A DNA stretch of 33,319 bases from positions 1 to 33,319 of the forward strand of contig JAUWZT010000002.1 of NCBI GenBank assembly GCA_030615145.1. Direction: 5' to 3'. The position numbers and the translations under genes were made by a program. The stretch's first letter is position 1. Each line of letters starts with the position of its first letter. A model generated the notes under the pieces. That model saw nothing but the letters and a program-made list of their open reading frames with translations. It did no database searches and was not told the DNA's origin. Positions 17,144-25,124 of this stretch are shown piece after piece. The DNA is from Promethearchaeota archaeon (GTDB lineage Archaea; Asgardarchaeota; Lokiarchaeia; Sigyniarchaeales; SOKP01).

Positions 17144-17932
17144 ATGGGCGGAGGACATTATTCTACTGAAAAGGAAGAGTTCGATAAGAATTTAGATCTA
17201 ACTCGAATAAAACCTTATGGAGATACAATGAATGACGGAAAAGTCCAAGTTAGTTTTACTCTTCCTGTAAATGATGGAGAAAAAGCTACTTTCGCTGCAT
17301 TAGAAATAGCTAAGAAGATGGGATTAGAAAACCCTTCAGTTGTTTATCATGTATCGCTAGATAAGGACTTTACATATTTTGTGCTATATGGGAGCTTTAA
17401 ACATAATATTAACTATACAGAAATAGAAGTGGAATCCATAGATATTGAAGCACTGACTATGGAAGAAATTAATGACTATATAAAAACAAATATAAAACGA
17501 AAATTGCTTGTTATTGGCGCTACGACTGGAACAGACGCGCACACTGTAGGGATCGATGCAATTATGAACATGAAGGGATTTGCAGGTCACTATGGCCTAG
17601 AGCGATATGAAATGATTGAAGCATATAATTTTGGAAGCCAAGTAACAAACGAAGAATTCGTTAAAAAAGCAATCGATTTAAAAGCTGATGTATTACTGGT
17701 GTCTCAAACTGTTACTCAGAAAGATATCCATGTGAGAAATTTAACCAATCTAGTCGATCTACTGGAAGCCGAAGAGATAAGAGATAAAATCGTTTTAGTC
17801 TGTGGTGGTCCAAGAATTTCGAATGAGCTTGCGAAAGAATTAGGATTTGACGCTGGATTTGGCCCAAATACATTTGCTGAAACTGTAGCAACTTATTTCA
17901 TCAAAGAAATTTATAATCGAAAATCTAAATGA
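17144..17932 (+). CDS. kamE: lysine 5,6-aminomutase beta subunit (B12/PLP-binding)
   Basis: 262 aa. EKEEFDKNLDLTRIKPYGDTMNDGKVQVSFTLPV, the cobalamin DxHxxG motif (GTDAHTVGIDAI), and a Rossmann-like C-terminal half (LVCGGPRI). Confidence 0.92.
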   Translation: MGGGHYSTEKEEFDKNLDLTRIKPYGDTMNDGKVQVSFTLPVNDGEKATFAALEIAKKMGLENPSVVYHVSLDKDFTYFVLYGSFKHNINYTEIEVESIDIEALTMEEINDYIKTNIKRKLLVIGATTGTDAHTVGIDAIMNMKGFAGHYGLERYEMIEAYNFGSQVTNEEFVKKAIDLKADVLLVSQTVTQKDIHVRNLTNLVDLLEAEEIRDKIVLVCGGPRISNELAKELGFDAGFGPNTFAETVATYFIKEIYNRKSK

Positions 17933-17944
17933 GATACAAACAAT

Positions 17945-18718
17945 ATGCCTCGATCAAGCGCTTATTCTGATGATGATTGGAAAAAAGTTACACCTCATAA
18001 TCCCCCTGTATATGATAAAAAGGCTTATAATTTGATTTACGATCATCATTCTCACACGTACTTCAGTGATGGAGCACTTACAATTAAGCAAAATGTTGAA
18101 TGGCATATTGCTATGGGTTTCAACGCATTAACTATAACTGATCATAACAATATGCGGCATTTAGAAAAAATTAATAAAGTTAAGGAAGAATACATAGAAA
18201 AAGGTATTCTTATAACTAGTGGCATCGAATGGACAACTACGAGGATTCATTTAAATTTCTTAGGTGTCTCAAAGTGGGATGCAAGAGTATCTTATAAACC
18301 TAAAGATGAAAAAATTATTGACGCAATTAACAAGGTTCACGATCAAGGGGGCTTAGTTGTCTGTAATCATATTCCATGGAGTGTAAACGAAGCTAAATAT
18401 AAAAATCATCCTAGCCGAGAAACCTTATTGGAATGGGGAGTTGATTATATTGAGATTGTTAACGATGATTCTCAACCGGAAAATGTTTTTGATCAAGAAT
18501 CCTACGATTTTTGTTTAGAATATATGGGGGAAATTGGAATGCTTACTGGTACAGATATGCATAAACCAGATGGATTATTAGGTGGGGGTGTTCATGGCTG
18601 GACGTTATTAAACCTTAAAGAATTTACCGAAGAAGCGTTATTAGAAGAATTAAGAAAGAAAGAAACTAAGATTCTTTATTCTGAAAAACCCTATTTAGAT
18701 CTAGGTATTCATAAATAA
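17945..18718 (+). CDS. PHP-domain metal-dependent phosphoesterase
   Basis: 257 aa with YDHHSHTYFSDGALT (HxH...D) and ITDHNN PHP motifs. It starts 12 nt after the kamE stop. Confidence 0.75.
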   Translation: MPRSSAYSDDDWKKVTPHNPPVYDKKAYNLIYDHHSHTYFSDGALTIKQNVEWHIAMGFNALTITDHNNMRHLEKINKVKEEYIEKGILITSGIEWTTTRIHLNFLGVSKWDARVSYKPKDEKIIDAINKVHDQGGLVVCNHIPWSVNEAKYKNHPSRETLLEWGVDYIEIVNDDSQPENVFDQESYDFCLEYMGEIGMLTGTDMHKPDGLLGGGVHGWTLLNLKEFTEEALLEELRKKETKILYSEKPYLDLGIHK

Positions 18719-18767
18719 ATAAATAAATAAATGTATAATAAAAGTTTTTTTTTATGGTGCAAAATAA

Positions 18768-19739
18768 ATGTCTAAAAATATAATTATTCAAACTAAAAAT
18801 TTAACAAAATATTATGGTAAATCTCGTGGAATTGAGAATTTAACATTTGAAGTTAAAAAAGGTGAGATTTTTGGGTTGCTCGGACCCAATGGAGCTGGGA
18901 AAACCACCACAATTAGGGTCTTACTTGACTTCATTCGACGGACTTCGGGAGAAGCTCAAGTATTTGGATTGGATGTGAAGCAACATAGCACCGAAATTCG
19001 ACGGAGAACAGCATATTTACCTGGTGAATTGGGATTTTATGAAGACAAAACGGTGCGAAAAAACCTTCAATTCCTTTTAAAGATGTATAACAAACCTGTA
19101 CCCAATAGAAAGATTGAGGAGTTGGCAGAGCGTATTGACTTAACTTTAGACAGGAAAGTGAAAGAACTTAGCAAAGGGAACAAGCAAAAGATCGGAATTG
19201 TCCTTACTTTTGCACCAGAAACTGAGCTATTAATAGTTGATGAGCCAACCGCGGGTTTAGATCCTTTTATTACGGCCGAATATTACAAAATTCTTTACGA
19301 ACAGCAAAAAGATTTTGGCACGACGGTTCTTTTAAGCTCTCATTTACTCGGGGAAGTCGAAAAGGTTGCCCATCGCGTTGGTATTATTCGAGAAGGAACG
19401 ATTGTGGAATCAGATTCCGTTCAAAGTTTGAAAAAACTCGCCTTAAAAGAAATTACGATCGAATTTCCCACCGCTTTGGAGCTTCAAAAATTTAACTCTA
19501 AAATCCCAACCGGAATTGTTGATAACTTAAGAATAAGCGAGACGAGCGTTTCTCTTACAGTTTCTCGCGAAAATCTAACCGAAATCATAAATGTTCTAGG
19601 ACAGGTCGGAAAGGTAAGTGATTTAGAGATTCAAAGTCCCGACCTCGAGGATATTTTTATGAAATATTACGAAACAAGTTCGAGCAGCGCTGCTTCTTTA
19701 GAAAAGGACAATATTAAAGCTGAGGGGTTGATGGATTAG
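18768..19739 (+). CDS. ABC transporter ATP-binding protein
   Basis: Walker A GPNGAGKTT, a signature-like LSKGNKQK, Walker B LLIVDEPTAGLD and an H-loop SSHLL. Confidence 0.9.
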   Translation: MSKNIIIQTKNLTKYYGKSRGIENLTFEVKKGEIFGLLGPNGAGKTTTIRVLLDFIRRTSGEAQVFGLDVKQHSTEIRRRTAYLPGELGFYEDKTVRKNLQFLLKMYNKPVPNRKIEELAERIDLTLDRKVKELSKGNKQKIGIVLTFAPETELLIVDEPTAGLDPFITAEYYKILYEQQKDFGTTVLLSSHLLGEVEKVAHRVGIIREGTIVESDSVQSLKKLALKEITIEFPTALELQKFNSKIPTGIVDNLRISETSVSLTVSRENLTEIINVLGQVGKVSDLEIQSPDLEDIFMKYYETSSSSAASLEKDNIKAEGLMD

Positions 19740-20558
19740 ATGGGTCAATTCCTAACAATAGTGAAAGAATATTTAAAAGACAAAAAATGGGCGACCATTC
19801 TTCTTGGGGGAATTACAGGATTGTTTGGGGTTCTTACAATATATATTTTAAGCGAACTCGATCTGGAAGCCATGAGCTCTATTATAGCTATGTTCCCAGA
19901 AGATATATTTGATTTTTTTGGGGGATTGGTTGCCATGACGAATCCTTATGGTTGGATTACCTTGGAGTTATTAGGCTTTATTTGGTTGTACGCGGGGATA
20001 TATTTGGTTTTTTCTGCCAGTTCGCTTCTATCGCAAGATATCGAAGAAAAAACCATCGAATTATTCTTATCAAAACCAATAACTCGAACCAAGTTTTTGG
20101 GTAGCAAAATTGTTTCGCTATATGTGTTTATAACAATTATGATGGCTTTAGCGTTTCTTATCCTCTCTGGAGGGATCGCAACTTCTCAGGTGTTCATAGA
20201 CGAGGGCCTTTATTGGGACCGCGTGTGGGGGACTTATGTTACAGTTGTCTTGTTTTTAAGTGCTTTATCTATGATTGCCTTTTTCGGCTCGACAATTTTC
20301 CTTAATTCCAAGAAAGCAATGGTAATAGGCATAGTCGCGCTCTTTTTGATGTTTTTTATCGATGGTTTTTATATTTACATGGAAGCGATCGAAAACTTGA
20401 AGTATTTTACGGTGTTCTTTTATTACAATCCCCTCGATTATCTCGTACACGCGGATTTAGATTTATATATTCGTGACATAATCGTGTTGACATCGATAAA
20501 TGCCGCGCTTGTAATCGGAAGCCTCATAGTTTTCAACAAAAAAGACATTCCAAATTAA
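19740..20558 (+). CDS. ABC-2 type transporter permease
   Basis: 272 aa with about 6 hydrophobic helices. Its ATG abuts the ATPase stop (TAGATG). Confidence 0.75.
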   Translation: MGQFLTIVKEYLKDKKWATILLGGITGLFGVLTIYILSELDLEAMSSIIAMFPEDIFDFFGGLVAMTNPYGWITLELLGFIWLYAGIYLVFSASSLLSQDIEEKTIELFLSKPITRTKFLGSKIVSLYVFITIMMALAFLILSGGIATSQVFIDEGLYWDRVWGTYVTVVLFLSALSMIAFFGSTIFLNSKKAMVIGIVALFLMFFIDGFYIYMEAIENLKYFTVFFYYNPLDYLVHADLDLYIRDIIVLTSINAALVIGSLIVFNKKDIPN

Positions 20559-20563
20559 CATTC

Positions 20564-20573
20564 TTTTTTTTTT
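20564..20573 (+). terminator. oligo-T run (T10) 5 nt after the permease stop
   Basis: taacattcTTTTTTTTTTcaaa. Confidence 0.45.
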
Positions 20574-20836
20574 CAAATAAGAGATCGTGCTATCAATGTC
20601 AATATCGTAAAGTTTAGCAAAAAATTTGATTAATGTAGTTATGTCTAAAAAGACTCAGCAACTTTCTTGATGTCCTTATCAGATCCACGAAAAGATGGAC
20701 AAGCGGTAGGCAATTAGATTAGGCTAATTTTTAACTTGTTCGTAATAGTGATATAAATTTTATAGATATTAGAGTAATTTTAAAAAGGTAGATTTTATTA
20801 TTTTGATATTATCCATAATATAAAATTTGATTTTAC

Positions 20837-21391
20837 ATGTCTGATATAACTGAAATGATTTTTAAATTAGCCGTTTTAGGTAATTCTGCTGTTGGAAAAA
20901 CAGCACTAATTAATCAATATATTCATCAGAAGTTTGAACAAGATTATCATCCTTCTTTGGGAGTTAATATTGTTATAAAAGAGATGAATGTTGAGGAAAA
21001 AAATGCCCATGTTAAAATGATACTCTGGGATATAGCAGGCCAAGATAAATATGATTTATCGCGAAAAGCGTTTTTTCAAGGTTGCGCTGGAGCCTTATTT
21101 GTGTATGATGTAACTCGACCAATTACCTTTAAGGACGTAAAATCCAAATGGCTGAAAGATTTAAAAGAGTTTGGAAATAGGAAAGCTGATTATCTCTTGA
21201 TTGGCAATAAAAATGATTTAACAGAGGAAAAAATGGTTTCAACCCAAGACGGTGAAAAATTAGCTAATAAAATGAAAGCCAGCGAATTTATCGAGACGAG
21301 TGCTAAATATGGGGATAATGTTGAAAAAGCATTTAAAACTCTTGTTCTTAGCATAATCTCTAGTAGGGCAAAAAAAAAGCTTAATTTATAA
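20837..21391 (+). CDS. Ras-superfamily small GTPase (Rab/Ras-like)
   Basis: All five G boxes are present: G1 GNSAVGKT, G2-region YHPSLGV, G3 WDIAGQ, G4 GNKNDL, G5 ETSAK. 184 aa with a polybasic tail (RAKKKLNL) and no CAAX or CC prenylation motif. Confidence 0.9.
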   Translation: MSDITEMIFKLAVLGNSAVGKTALINQYIHQKFEQDYHPSLGVNIVIKEMNVEEKNAHVKMILWDIAGQDKYDLSRKAFFQGCAGALFVYDVTRPITFKDVKSKWLKDLKEFGNRKADYLLIGNKNDLTEEKMVSTQDGEKLANKMKASEFIETSAKYGDNVEKAFKTLVLSIISSRAKKKLNL

Positions 21392-21398
21392 AATTTTG

Positions 21399-21644
21399 TT
21401 ATTTCTCCCAAGATCTCATAACAACATGAGTATTAGATTCAATAATTCCTTCTATTAAATCAATTTTTTTAGCAAAAATACTGTACAACTCTTCGGACGA
21501 ATCCACTACAATTTCAATTAACACGTCGTAATCGCCAGTTAAAGACATTACGCGTTTGATTTGAGGAATCTCTTTTAATTCGTCAATTACCCTTTCTATT
21601 ACGCTCATTCCTAATTTACATAAAGTTATTGCCTTTATTGTCAT
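21399..21644 (-). CDS. stand-alone RAM domain protein (Lrp/AsnC ligand-binding domain only)
   Basis: 81 aa with a beta-alpha-beta-beta-alpha-beta pattern and the LTGDYDVLIEI core typical of AsnC_trans_reg domains. There is no HTH. It lies 18 nt downstream of the transporter gene on the same strand. Confidence 0.7.
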   Translation of the reverse strand: MTIKAITLCKLGMSVIERVIDELKEIPQIKRVMSLTGDYDVLIEIVVDSSEELYSIFAKKIDLIEGIIESNTHVVMRSWEK

Positions 21645-21662
21645 AATTTCAAACCATATAAT

Positions 21663-22985
21663 CTATATTTCTAATTTATTTATTTCATTTACAAAAAGAA
21701 TTTTGACATTTTTAACTTCTTCTAACTTTTTTATTTGTTTATTTACTAAATAATAAAAATCTTTTATGGAACTGCTCTTAACATTTAGTAAGAGGTCGTG
21801 CGTTCCTGCTAACGTGTCTACGCTCACTACTCCTTGAAATTTCAATAATTTCATTGGTAATTTCTTTAAACTTCCAATTTCGTTGTCTAAAAGAATATAC
21901 GCATTAACAATGTTTTTCAATTCGTGAGCGTACCGGAATAAAATTGAAACGATTAATAAAAAGAATACTATTAATAAATATTCTAACGGGAAATACTCGC
22001 CAACAAAAATTATACCAAAAATCAAAGCACCTATTGGTTCTATTAGAGTTAAGATGCTATTCCATTGGCTATAGGTCAAATTATAAGGTTTCCAATATAC
22101 GCTCGTAAGAAATACAAGCAGAAATGGAAGTATTGTAGAAAAAATTATCAAAAAGATTATGTCCCCTCGCATTAGGATATTAAACATATTCGGGAATTCA
22201 CCGTAGAATTTAACGGTTTCAGTAGTTAAATCAGAAATTGGAAAAATGAGTTGAAAAATCAAAAGAAACGGAAACATGAATATTACACCTATTAAGAATG
22301 TACTTGATATTTTTATAAGGAGACGGATAATCTTATAGTATTGATTTTTATTAGCGATTTTTAGCTCACGTTTCGAATAAATATCTCTATTTATAGATAT
22401 TTGAAAAAATACGAGACTTAACGTGAAGAATGTAATATATATCAACCCCATCAACGAAAATTCGGTTTCATGCAAAGCAGCTTCTTGACTCTTTACGTTT
22501 ATTATGATACCTATTGAAACAACTAACAACAAGAGATAAAGTATTTTGAATATATCCAGTTTCTCTGATTTGATTCCGTGTTCGTAAAGAGCTACAAGGA
22601 TAATACTAACTTGAAATCCGATCATTGCTAAAGCAATAGTTTCTGTAACTTTTAAAGCCATAAAATACCAGATAAGTTGCAATATAATGCCAAAAAACCC
22701 CATTATAGCGAAATAATAGATGTTCCTTAACCTAAAAAACCTTCTATTCTTATGAGTATAAATAATTTTAAGAACTTCAAATGGAATTTTTTTATTTGAA
22801 GTGAATCTATTGTTTACAAATATCAATAAAATCGCAAGAAGAAACAGAATAACTCCTGATAATAAAAATCTTAGAAAAATAACCATTAAAACAGAAACTT
22901 CGTTGAACAAACCTAATGCTATAACAGGAATAAAACTCCATAGCAAATTTGCTACGATGAGATTGATAATGATTTTATTCTGCAT
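21663..22985 (-). CDS. EamA/DMT-family transporter with a C-terminal RAM-like domain
   Basis: 440 aa. About 10 TM helices in two EamA-like halves. The cytoplasmic tail NAYILLDNEIGSLKKLPMKLLKFQGVVSVDTLAGTHDLLLNVKSSSIKDFYYLVNKQIKKLEEVKNVKILFV aligns by eye with the neighbouring stand-alone RAM protein (LAGTHDLLL versus LTGDYDVLI). Confidence 0.75.
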   Translation of the reverse strand: MQNKIIINLIVANLLWSFIPVIALGLFNEVSVLMVIFLRFLLSGVILFLLAILLIFVNNRFTSNKKIPFEVLKIIYTHKNRRFFRLRNIYYFAIMGFFGIILQLIWYFMALKVTETIALAMIGFQVSIILVALYEHGIKSEKLDIFKILYLLLLVVSIGIIINVKSQEAALHETEFSLMGLIYITFFTLSLVFFQISINRDIYSKRELKIANKNQYYKIIRLLIKISSTFLIGVIFMFPFLLIFQLIFPISDLTTETVKFYGEFPNMFNILMRGDIIFLIIFSTILPFLLVFLTSVYWKPYNLTYSQWNSILTLIEPIGALIFGIIFVGEYFPLEYLLIVFFLLIVSILFRYAHELKNIVNAYILLDNEIGSLKKLPMKLLKFQGVVSVDTLAGTHDLLLNVKSSSIKDFYYLVNKQIKKLEEVKNVKILFVNEINKLEI

Positions 22986-23153
22986 AATAATTATTACTTT
23001 AAGTTGTTTAAATCAAGGTTTTCGATTACGATATATAAAATCATGATCATTTGAATAGTTTTCCTTAAAAAACACATTGATATTTGGTTCAATTATCCCA
23101 CAGCTTTCCCAAAAGATTTGCTGAACTAAAATTAATAAATTTTAATTTATGGA

Positions 23154-23165
23154 TAAATTTAGATA
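23154..23165 (+). promoter_or_regulatory. TAAATTTAGATA box (BRE/TATA-like), copy 2
   Basis: An exact 12-mer ending 58 nt upstream of the NUDIX ATG (23223). TTTAGATA resembles the archaeal TATA consensus TTTAWATA, and an A-rich BRE-like element precedes it. Confidence 0.3.
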
Positions 23166-23222
23166 TCAATAATTATTTGATATTCTTAATTATTGATTTT
23201 TATAAGAGTATGGTTTAGAATA

Positions 23223-23675
23223 ATGAGTTGGAGGGAAATAAGGCCAATTGCAATATGTTTATTCTATTATAATAATAAATTTCTTGTTTTTGAAGGATTT
23301 GACAAAGTTAAGAATGAATTTTTTTATAGACCTTTAGGTGGAGCTATAGAATTTGGTGAATATGGAGAACAGGCGTTGAAAAGAGAAATTAAGGAGGAAA
23401 TTCAAGCTGAAGTTATCGATATTAATTTTTTAACATTATTTGAAAATATTTTTGTTTTTGAAGAAAACATAGGTCATGAGATAGTATTAGTCTATGATGG
23501 AGTCTTTGTTGATAAGTCATTATATAAAAAAAATCTTATAGGAGTAGAGGATGATGAGAATCAAACTAAATTTAATGCTTATTGGAAAAGTCTAGATGAA
23601 ATAAAACAAGAAAACCGTCCCTTATATCCTGATGGATTATATAAATTTATTAAAAAAAGCCTTATCCATCATTAA
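23223..23675 (+). CDS. NUDIX hydrolase
   Basis: Nudix box GGAIEFGEYGEQALKREIKEEIQAEV (Gx5Ex7REUxEE). The track ORF starts at TTG 23193. ATG 23223 (MSWREI) is preferred. Confidence 0.8.
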   Translation: MSWREIRPIAICLFYYNNKFLVFEGFDKVKNEFFYRPLGGAIEFGEYGEQALKREIKEEIQAEVIDINFLTLFENIFVFEENIGHEIVLVYDGVFVDKSLYKKNLIGVEDDENQTKFNAYWKSLDEIKQENRPLYPDGLYKFIKKSLIHH

Positions 23676-23739
23676 CTGAGAAACCCATTATTTTCCCAAG
23701 TGGTTCAAAACTAAAAATTCAAAAATTTTAATGTATAGG

Positions 23740-23751
23740 TAAATTTAGATA
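23740..23751 (+). promoter_or_regulatory. TAAATTTAGATA box (BRE/TATA-like), copy 3
   Basis: An exact 12-mer ending 40 nt upstream of the ornithine aminotransferase ATG (23791). Confidence 0.3.
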
Positions 23752-23790
23752 TATATTAAAAACATTATAAAAAAAGAAAAGTGAAACTAC

Positions 23791-25050
23791 ATGCCAAGTT
23801 CAAAAGATTATATGGAAATGGATGATAAATACTGCGCTCAGAATTATCACCCGATTCCCGTCGTTATTTCAAAAGCAGAGGGTGTATGGGTTTACGACCC
23901 TGAAGGAAATAAATATATTGATTGTTTATCTGCCTATTCGTCCCAAAATACGGGGCATTGTCACCCCGAAATTATAAAAGCTTTAAAAGAACAAGCAGAT
24001 AAGGTTACTTTAACATCTCGCGCGTTCTATAACGATATGATGGGTCCCTTTTTAAAAAAATTATGCGAAGTTGTTGGACCACATATCAACGATCCAAACA
24101 ATTCTGGAATAATGGCGCTTCCAATGAACACTGGAACTGAAGCGGTTTCTTCCGGTCTAAAAGTTGCGAGAGCTTGGGGTTATATTAAAAAGAAAATTCC
24201 TAAAAACGAAGCTAAAATTATTGTCTGTCGGGATAATTTTCATGGAAGATCAATTACAATAGCAGGTTTTAGTACTGATATTGAAGCCGTTAGATATTAC
24301 GGTAATTTTGGACCTTACACTCCTGGTTTCGTAATTATTCCGTATGGAGATGCTGAAGAGTTAGAGAATACAATTTTAGAAATCGGCCCTGAAAAAGTAG
24401 CGGCATTCCTATTTGAGCCAATTCAAGGAGAAGCTGGCGTAAAAGTCCCTCCTGAAGGATACTTAAAAAAGGTTAGAGAGATCTGTACAAAGTACAATGT
24501 TCTGATGATCGCTGACGAGATTCAGACAGGTTTTGGAAGAACTGGGGAGTTTTTTGGATGTGACCACGAAAATGTGAAGCCTGACGCGATGTTACTTGGA
24601 AAGGCGCTTGGAGGAGGTGTTTATCCCGTTTCCGCAGTAGTCACTACTAAAGATATAGTTGGTCCTGATGTTATTAAGCCTGGAACGCATGGAAGCACAT
24701 TTGGAGGAAACCCTTTAGCTAGTGCGGTTGCTATGAAATCGTTAGAGATTCATATTGACGACCATTTAGCTCAAAGAGCCAAAGAATTTGGAGGTTATTT
24801 TCTAGAAGGACTTAGAAATATCGCAAAAAAGAAAACTATAGTTCCAATAAAAGATGTTAGAGGTAAAGGTCTATTAATAGCGATTGAATTTGAATCAGAT
24901 GCGAGGCACATAGTCGAAATGTTTAAAGATAACGGAGTGTTAGCCAAACATACTCATTCTACAATTATTCGATTTGCCCCACCTCTAATTATAACTAAAG
25001 ACCAAATCGATTGGGCTTTAAAAATTATCGAAAATGTGCTGGTAGCGTAA
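23791..25050 (+). CDS. rocD: ornithine--oxo-acid aminotransferase
   Basis: 419 aa, class-III aminotransferase. YCAQNYHPIPVVISKAEGVWVYDPEGNKYIDCLSAYSSQNTGHCHP, DEIQTGFGRTG and the PLP lysine in LLGKALGGG form the typical OAT/RocD pattern. Confidence 0.88.
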   Translation: MPSSKDYMEMDDKYCAQNYHPIPVVISKAEGVWVYDPEGNKYIDCLSAYSSQNTGHCHPEIIKALKEQADKVTLTSRAFYNDMMGPFLKKLCEVVGPHINDPNNSGIMALPMNTGTEAVSSGLKVARAWGYIKKKIPKNEAKIIVCRDNFHGRSITIAGFSTDIEAVRYYGNFGPYTPGFVIIPYGDAEELENTILEIGPEKVAAFLFEPIQGEAGVKVPPEGYLKKVREICTKYNVLMIADEIQTGFGRTGEFFGCDHENVKPDAMLLGKALGGGVYPVSAVVTTKDIVGPDVIKPGTHGSTFGGNPLASAVAMKSLEIHIDDHLAQRAKEFGGYFLEGLRNIAKKKTIVPIKDVRGKGLLIAIEFESDARHIVEMFKDNGVLAKHTHSTIIRFAPPLIITKDQIDWALKIIENVLVA

Positions 25051-25082
25051 AAAGTTAAAATCCTATTTAATATGATAATGAT

Positions 25083-25092
25083 AAAAAAAAAA
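25083..25092 (-). terminator. A10/T10 run in the gap between convergent OAT and acylase genes
   Basis: On the minus strand a T10 run lies about 33 nt downstream of the acylase stop (25125..25127). Confidence 0.35.
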
Positions 25093-25124
25093 TTTATAGA
25101 TTATTTTAATCCTTTATTTGCAGT

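Noticed and set aside
18711-18730. (ATAA)5 microsatellite spanning the PHP gene stop codon.
   Set aside because: It is a short AT-rich tandem repeat in an AT-rich genome and is most simply slippage-prone filler or a multiple-stop tail. No further structure was seen.
18768-20558. The ABC transporter pair looked GC-richer than its neighbours, raising the possibility of horizontal acquisition.
   Set aside because: Hand counts of several 60-nt lines gave about 35-52% here, but similar lines (up to about 45%) occur in the aminotransferase and other conserved genes. The difference is within line-to-line scatter. A proper windowed GC and codon-usage calculation is needed before claiming anything.
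20559-20836. The 278-nt intergenic region upstream of the GTPase was inspected for a tRNA, ncRNA or small partner gene (Roadblock-like).
   Set aside because: I could find no cloverleaf-compatible stems, no extended hairpins and no ORF longer than about 10 codons with a start. It is treated as a promoter/leader region only.
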